The notes under the pieces are model-generated. The model was not told the DNA's origin and made no database searches. It saw only the letters and a program-made list of their open reading frames with translations. A stretch of 64,000 bases of DNA from Candidatus Altiarchaeota archaeon. GTDB lineage: Archaea; Altiarchaeota; Altiarchaeia; IMC4; SCGC-AAA252-I15. The DNA is taken from positions 32,001-96,000 of the forward strand of contig JBDRLL010000003.1 of assembly GCA_043813075.1 (NCBI GenBank), read 5' to 3'. The translations under genes and the position numbers were made by a program. This document shows, piece after piece, positions 59,630 to 64,000 of the stretch; the stretch's first letter is position 1, and every line of letters starts with the position of its first letter.

Positions 59630-60949
59630 ATGGGTTCATGCACGCTGATACTAAACTACGGGAGATGCGGTTGGGGTTCATGCCTCTTCTGCGGCTATGG
59701 AAGGTCATCGGGCAGGAAGCCTGACGTCGACGCATTAAAGAGGGAATTCGACGACTTCTTCGGAAAGATGGGGGAGGACGCGGAAGAAGTGAAGGTGTTC
59801 AGTTCCGGAAGCTTCTTGGACGACAGGCAGATACCGGCGGAAGCCAGGAGACACTTCATAGGGAAATGCATGGAGAAGGATATAAGGAGGGTGACTATAG
59901 AATCCCGCCCGGAATACGTCACAAAAGAAAAGCTCGAAGAATTCGAGGGGGTGAAGGTCACCCTGGCGATAGGATTAGAGTCCGCGGACAACCAGGTTCT
60001 TGAAAGGATAAACAAGGGATTCAGGAGGGAGGACTATGAGAGGGCTGCGGACATTGTGAAAAAGTCAGGGGGTGATGTTAGGACATATCTGCTCGTGAAC
60101 CCGCCATACGTGAAGGATGTCTGTAAGAGCGTGGATGATTCCGTTGAATACGCGTTAAAACACTCTGACAGCATAGTCCTGATAAACCTCCTCCCACACA
60201 GTAACGCGCCGCTATTCAAGAAATGGGTTGCAGGAGAATGGAGCTTCCTAGATAGGAGAGGATTCGATGAGGCGACAGCCCGGTGGGCTGACAACCCTAA
60301 AATCGAACTGGATTATGAGACATTCAAGTTCACGCCGCAATTCCCAGACCATATGAAGACGCCGATAAATGGCGTTGGGGAGGAGTATCTGACACACCCC
60401 TATTTCGAGGCCTGGCAGGACTATCTGGACAGGTTCTACCAGCCGTCTGAACGGAAGAAGACGCTGCTCCTCCTACCATGCAGCTACAGGAAACCGTACA
60501 GCGAGTCAAAGACCCACAAGGAGATAATAGGGGTTATCGGGGAAATCGGCGGGAGAGACCGCATACACGAAGTCATGCTCAGTAATGCGGGAGTCATACC
60601 AAGAGAATTCGAGGACAGATACCCCTTCAACGCATACGATTGGGATGAGAGCCTGGAGACGCCGGAGATAAGGAAGAGGTATGTGCAAGTCACGTCAGAG
60701 AGAATAGCCAACTATTTAAGAGCGCACGGAAAAAGATATGACAGGAAGGCCTGCTACCTCCGGAGAGCGTCGGACTCCCATCAGGCAGTCGAGAAGGCGT
60801 TCAAAGAGCTTGGTATGGAATTCGACAACCTGCTTTCCCCAGAAACCGACGGCAAACTAGATGGCGGGACAAGCGGCCTTAGGAAGCCGGAAGCGCTAGA
60901 TGATTTGAGGGAGGGTTTAAGACGGCTACTGCAAAATTCCACGCGATAG
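59630..60949 (+). CDS. Fusion of archaeosine-type radical SAM (RaSEA-like) and DUF5591/ArcS-like domain
   Basis: CGWGSCLFCG, SGSFLD, IESRPEY, IGLES, INKG, TYLL.NPP; then LLLPCSYRKPYSESKTH, GVIPREFE..YP...YD. Confidence 0.82.
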   Translation: MGSCTLILNYGRCGWGSCLFCGYGRSSGRKPDVDALKREFDDFFGKMGEDAEEVKVFSSGSFLDDRQIPAEARRHFIGKCMEKDIRRVTIESRPEYVTKEKLEEFEGVKVTLAIGLESADNQVLERINKGFRREDYERAADIVKKSGGDVRTYLLVNPPYVKDVCKSVDDSVEYALKHSDSIVLINLLPHSNAPLFKKWVAGEWSFLDRRGFDEATARWADNPKIELDYETFKFTPQFPDHMKTPINGVGEEYLTHPYFEAWQDYLDRFYQPSERKKTLLLLPCSYRKPYSESKTHKEIIGVIGEIGGRDRIHEVMLSNAGVIPREFEDRYPFNAYDWDESLETPEIRKRYVQVTSERIANYLRAHGKRYDRKACYLRRASDSHQAVEKAFKELGMEFDNLLSPETDGKLDGGTSGLRKPEALDDLREGLRRLLQNSTR

Positions 60950-61377
60950 GAGAGGCTTCACACTGGCTTCAGGTTAGGCTCCAGGAGGAATTGCACGCCC
61001 ACGGGCTGGAAGGCAGTGTCACACGGGCGGACGACAAGACTTTTGTCGTGGTCGTTGAGGGTGATGTTGAAGCCATAAGGAAGTTGTATAACGATGTTCA
61101 CGCTGCGCTCGCTGACAACGTGAAGTTGAGTGATATCGTATTGTCAAAGACTGATCCGCCCAGGGATGTTGTGGAGGATCCGTTGAGGCAGGTTATTGAT
61201 TCGGTGCAGAGGATGGAGCAGAGGATAATAAGGATAGAGAACAAGTTGAATGCGATACTCGCGCGTCTGGAGTCGGGAGGATTCAATGGGGGGAGTGATG
61301 AGTCCTATAGGGAGTATGGTTCTGGTGAGATTAGTGAAGAGTCGACGAACGCGTTTGCGAGCATGTTCGGGGACTGA
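60922..61377 (+). CDS. Acylphosphatase-like domain plus coiled coil; start uncertain (ACG 60922 or TTG 60991)
   Basis: GLEGSV...D....VVVEGD..AI pattern. Confidence 0.55.
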   Translation, partial: TATAKFHAIGEASHWLQVRLQEELHAHGLEGSVTRADDKTFVVVVEGDVEAIRKLYNDVHAALADNVKLSDIVLSKTDPPRDVVEDPLRQVIDSVQRMEQRIIRIENKLNAILARLESGGFNGGSDESYREYGSGEISEESTNAFASMFGD

Positions 61378-61380
61378 CGC

Positions 61381-61575
61381 CTATAGGCTGGAGAGCTGGC
61401 GCTTAAGATGGGATATCTCCGTCTGGTATTGCTTAAGCTTGTGGGTTTTAGAGAGACGGCTTTCACTGCTGTTGCGGAGTTCATGAATCTTCTCCTGGTA
61501 GTCGGATATCTTAGACTCTATATCAGTCTTCTGCTTATGCATTCGCTCGATAGCTGCTTTGGATAGTTTCGCCAT
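61381..61575 (-). CDS. Small coiled-coil hypothetical protein
   Basis: 64 aa helical-hairpin-like ORF. Confidence 0.55.
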   Translation of the reverse strand: MAKLSKAAIERMHKQKTDIESKISDYQEKIHELRNSSESRLSKTHKLKQYQTEISHLKRQLSSL

Positions 61576-61616
61576 CAGGTTATTTAATTAGATCCATGAG
61601 TAATAAAAGAGAAAAC

Positions 61617-61647
61617 TTATAATATAAAAACATATCTTATATTATAA
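61617..61647. promoter_or_regulatory. AT-only 11-bp perfect inverted repeat in an AT-rich intergenic region
   Basis: ttataatataa-N9-ttatattataa. Confidence 0.5.
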
Positions 61648-61671
61648 AAAAATTGTTTTTATTAGATAAGT

Positions 61672-62205
61672 TTATCTGGTCAGTAACTTCAGATGCCTGT
61701 CAACCCACTGATTCCTATCCTGTAGATACAAGATGACCTCAGCGAACTGGTCGTTAACATCAAAATAACGCAGGGTTATGCCATTATCCCTGTAAGGAAC
61801 AAGTTCCGTTATCCGATAATGAGGGATGTATAATATGGACTCACCGCTGCTGGGAGGCTCCGCCAGAACACCAATGTTGGTCAAGTAGATGTCTGAACGA
61901 ATGGGGTTTAACGGAAAATCCTGCTCTCCAATACTTACAAAAACAACATAGCTTGAATTCCCAGAAGACGTTAAGAGAACCTTCTCCTGCTCCGGGAAAT
62001 ACAGCTTCTTCTCCTGATTGAAATAATTGTAGAGACCGAAAATGGATAAAACACCAGCAAAAGCGCCAACAATCAGCGCGATAACACCCATATCCAACGC
62101 TGAACCGAACACGTAGATGAAGAACACCAGGCAAGCCAATAGAGCCAGCATAATGACGCCTGAAAACCTGCCTGACATGAAATTCAAGTTCATTTTAAAA
62201 CCCAA
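61672..62205 (-). CDS. 2-TM protein with possible PH/GRAM-like cytoplasmic domain
   Basis: Two TM helices, then IYLTN.G...L.IP..RI; start uncertain. Confidence 0.6.
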   Translation of the reverse strand: MGFKMNLNFMSGRFSGVIMLALLACLVFFIYVFGSALDMGVIALIVGAFAGVLSIFGLYNYFNQEKKLYFPEQEKVLLTSSGNSSYVVFVSIGEQDFPLNPIRSDIYLTNIGVLAEPPSSGESILYIPHYRITELVPYRDNGITLRYFDVNDQFAEVILYLQDRNQWVDRHLKLLTR

Positions 62206-62257
62206 AAAAACACCCTGAAAGCCTTATATATTAATTAAACAGTAGAATAAAAGAAAC

Positions 62258-62788
62258 ATGAGGATACTCTGGTGCGTGACTGGCGCAAGCCACCTGCTGG
62301 AGGAAACCACCAGAATAATGCTTGAAACAGCCCAGAAGAACAAAGTAACTGCGGCATTCTCAAGGGCTGGGCTGGAAGTATCCAAGGTTTTCGGCGAATA
62401 CGATAGGATGACTGCCGCGGCTGAAAAAACACTCTTCGAGGGGGAGGAGGGTGCGAGCTCGCCCATATGCATGAGCCTTGACTCCTATGGTCTGGTGGTA
62501 GTCGCACCATGCACCGCTAACACGGCCGCAAAACTGGCGCACGGCATAGCGGACTCGCTTGTGACAAACATCGCAGCCCAGTCAATGAAGAGGGGTAAGG
62601 ACATACTGATACTCCCAACAGACTCTGAAGGGGAAGCGAGCTCGAAAACACTTTCAGGGAAAGAGATTAGGATTAGATGCAGGGGCGTTGACCTGGAGAA
62701 CGTTGAAAGACTCGCTTCAGAGGGAGTAGTGGTGGTGAAGACGCCAGGCCAGCTCAGAGAAATGCTCGGCAGACATAAACGCCCTTAA
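62258..62788 (+). CDS. Archaeal flavoprotein (AfpA/dihydromethanopterin reductase-like, no ferredoxin insert)
   Basis: WCVTGASHLL, APCTANTAAKLAHGIADSLVTN, ILPTD. Confidence 0.85.
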   Translation: MRILWCVTGASHLLEETTRIMLETAQKNKVTAAFSRAGLEVSKVFGEYDRMTAAAEKTLFEGEEGASSPICMSLDSYGLVVVAPCTANTAAKLAHGIADSLVTNIAAQSMKRGKDILILPTDSEGEASSKTLSGKEIRIRCRGVDLENVERLASEGVVVVKTPGQLREMLGRHKRP

Positions 62789-63687
62789 ACATTCCTCCTG
62801 GAATGCTTGGAGATGTCGTGGACGTAGTCCCTCAAACCGAAACCCAAGGCTATAGCCAGGCCGAGGGAGAAGCCTGCCATAAGAATCTTGAATGAATCAG
62901 TGAGGACCGAGACGTCAACATCCTTTTTGAGTATCGGCAGCGCCAGGACGATGCCGAAGAACACTATAGTAACCTCGGTTATGAGCGCTAATATCTCCTT
63001 GAAGACGACATTCCTCTGCCTGAGGGACTCTGACGCGTACTTTGAGAGGATGAGTGATATCACTATCAGGATGACTCCGGAAATCGCCTCCGGTATGTAG
63101 GACAGGAGACTTCCTATGAACGAGCCGATGAAGTTCAAGTCTAGCTTGATGGCTCCCTCACCCATGAACAAAAGCACTATGTACCATTTCAGGAGGCCTC
63201 CTGTAGCGCTTGCCAGTGATATGCCGCCCAACGCCCCGCCCACATTGTACTTCTTGAGCTTATCCTCAGTGCCCATCACATCCAACGCGTCTTTCACTAT
63301 CTTCTCGACCACGCCGCCGATTATCAGGCCCAGTATAGTGAGCACTATGAACCAGAATAGGCTGGTCATGAAGTCGTATATTGTGAATGATATGCTCAAG
63401 CCAGTGGTCGTGAGTATCAATGCCACGACAAACCAGCGTATGTAGTGCTTTATGAAGGATCGTATGGAACCCCAAAGCTTTGAGGTCATCGCCCCATACC
63501 GGACAAACTGCCTTTCAAGCTCTTTGAGGGAGAACAAGGCTTCCACGAAGTTGGACACGATTAGGCCAACAACATAGCCTACAGTGAGGGTTATTATGGT
63601 CTGAAACGCTATTAGAACGTACTTCATGAAGAAGCCGAACGCCTGAATCAGGTATGACGGGTCTATCTGTATGTCCATCTTGTACAA
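62785..63687 (-). CDS. TM-helix repeat protein (MscS N-terminal/CmpX-like)
   Basis: Repeated TM units, YIPEAISG, LAIALGFGL.D. Confidence 0.75.
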   Translation of the reverse strand: MYKMDIQIDPSYLIQAFGFFMKYVLIAFQTIITLTVGYVVGLIVSNFVEALFSLKELERQFVRYGAMTSKLWGSIRSFIKHYIRWFVVALILTTTGLSISFTIYDFMTSLFWFIVLTILGLIIGGVVEKIVKDALDVMGTEDKLKKYNVGGALGGISLASATGGLLKWYIVLLFMGEGAIKLDLNFIGSFIGSLLSYIPEAISGVILIVISLILSKYASESLRQRNVVFKEILALITEVTIVFFGIVLALPILKKDVDVSVLTDSFKILMAGFSLGLAIALGFGLRDYVHDISKHSRRNV

Positions 63688-63749
63688 ATTGTTTGATGTT
63701 TAGTAAATAAGTATGCTGGCATATATAACGGCGAGTAAAACGCCATACG

Positions 63750-64000
63750 TCACACTGAATTATCCACGCCCTTAGACGGCTTAAATAGCAGGATAATGCG
63801 CAATACGCGCAATAGAGGCTTCATCAAGGCATGGAACATTCTTGTTCTCCCGAACAGGAGGTGGGCTTTACCGCCGATTATCGCACGGTTTATCATCTTC
63901 CTGCCCACCGGGTTTTCATAGCTTGTCGCCAGGTTCTTCCTGAATATCCGCTTGTTGGACATACGTAGTACTTCTTCCGCTTTCTCTGTGTCGAAGCCTA
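63750..64000 (-). CDS. 3' end of an unknown protein (partial)
   Basis: Frame appears open to the window edge; stop at 63750. Confidence 0.45.
   Translation of the reverse strand, partial: GFDTEKAEEVLRMSNKRIFRKNLATSYENPVGRKMINRAIIGGKAHLLFGRTRMFHALMKPLLRVLRIILLFKPSKGVDNSV

Noticed and set aside
1-64000. CRISPR arrays, transposases, integrases, rRNA, and the many short overlapping antisense ORFs
   Set aside because: No repeat-spacer periodicity or recombinase/transposase motifs seen; antisense ORFs lie within confidently identified genes and lack motifs

Overview
Archaeal chromosomal window, dense with housekeeping genes: MCM, RadA, LonB, PriL, Hef, HerA, PINA, Kae1, EndA, aIF6, L31e and L40e, archaeal MAT, the HMG-CoA synthase/thiolase/DUF35 cluster, form III RuBisCO, Acs, HisB, PurD, chorismate mutase/PDT, a cobalamin-type ECF transporter and an intron-containing initiator tRNA-Met. 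Gene style suggests a biosynthetically competent Altiarchaeota/DPANN-like or euryarchaeal organism; this is inference only. No CRISPR array, transposase, integrase, rRNA or intein was seen. The most notable items are: (1) a single-chain fusion of an archaeosine radical SAM enzyme (RaSEA-like) with the ArcS/DUF5591 catalytic domain; (2) a methyltransferase gene bracketed by an exact 34-bp duplication of the nadM/herA bidirectional promoter region; (3) a pore-less voltage-sensor-like protein with a repetitive amphipathic His-rich tail; (4) scattered orphan genes encoding degenerate enzyme folds (kinase, methyltransferase, ROK, TraB/Tiki-like) with basic termini; (5) a 769-aa scaffold protein with wHTH domains at both ends; (6) several structured or palindromic intergenic elements. 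All family calls come from motif recognition by eye; no database search was run.
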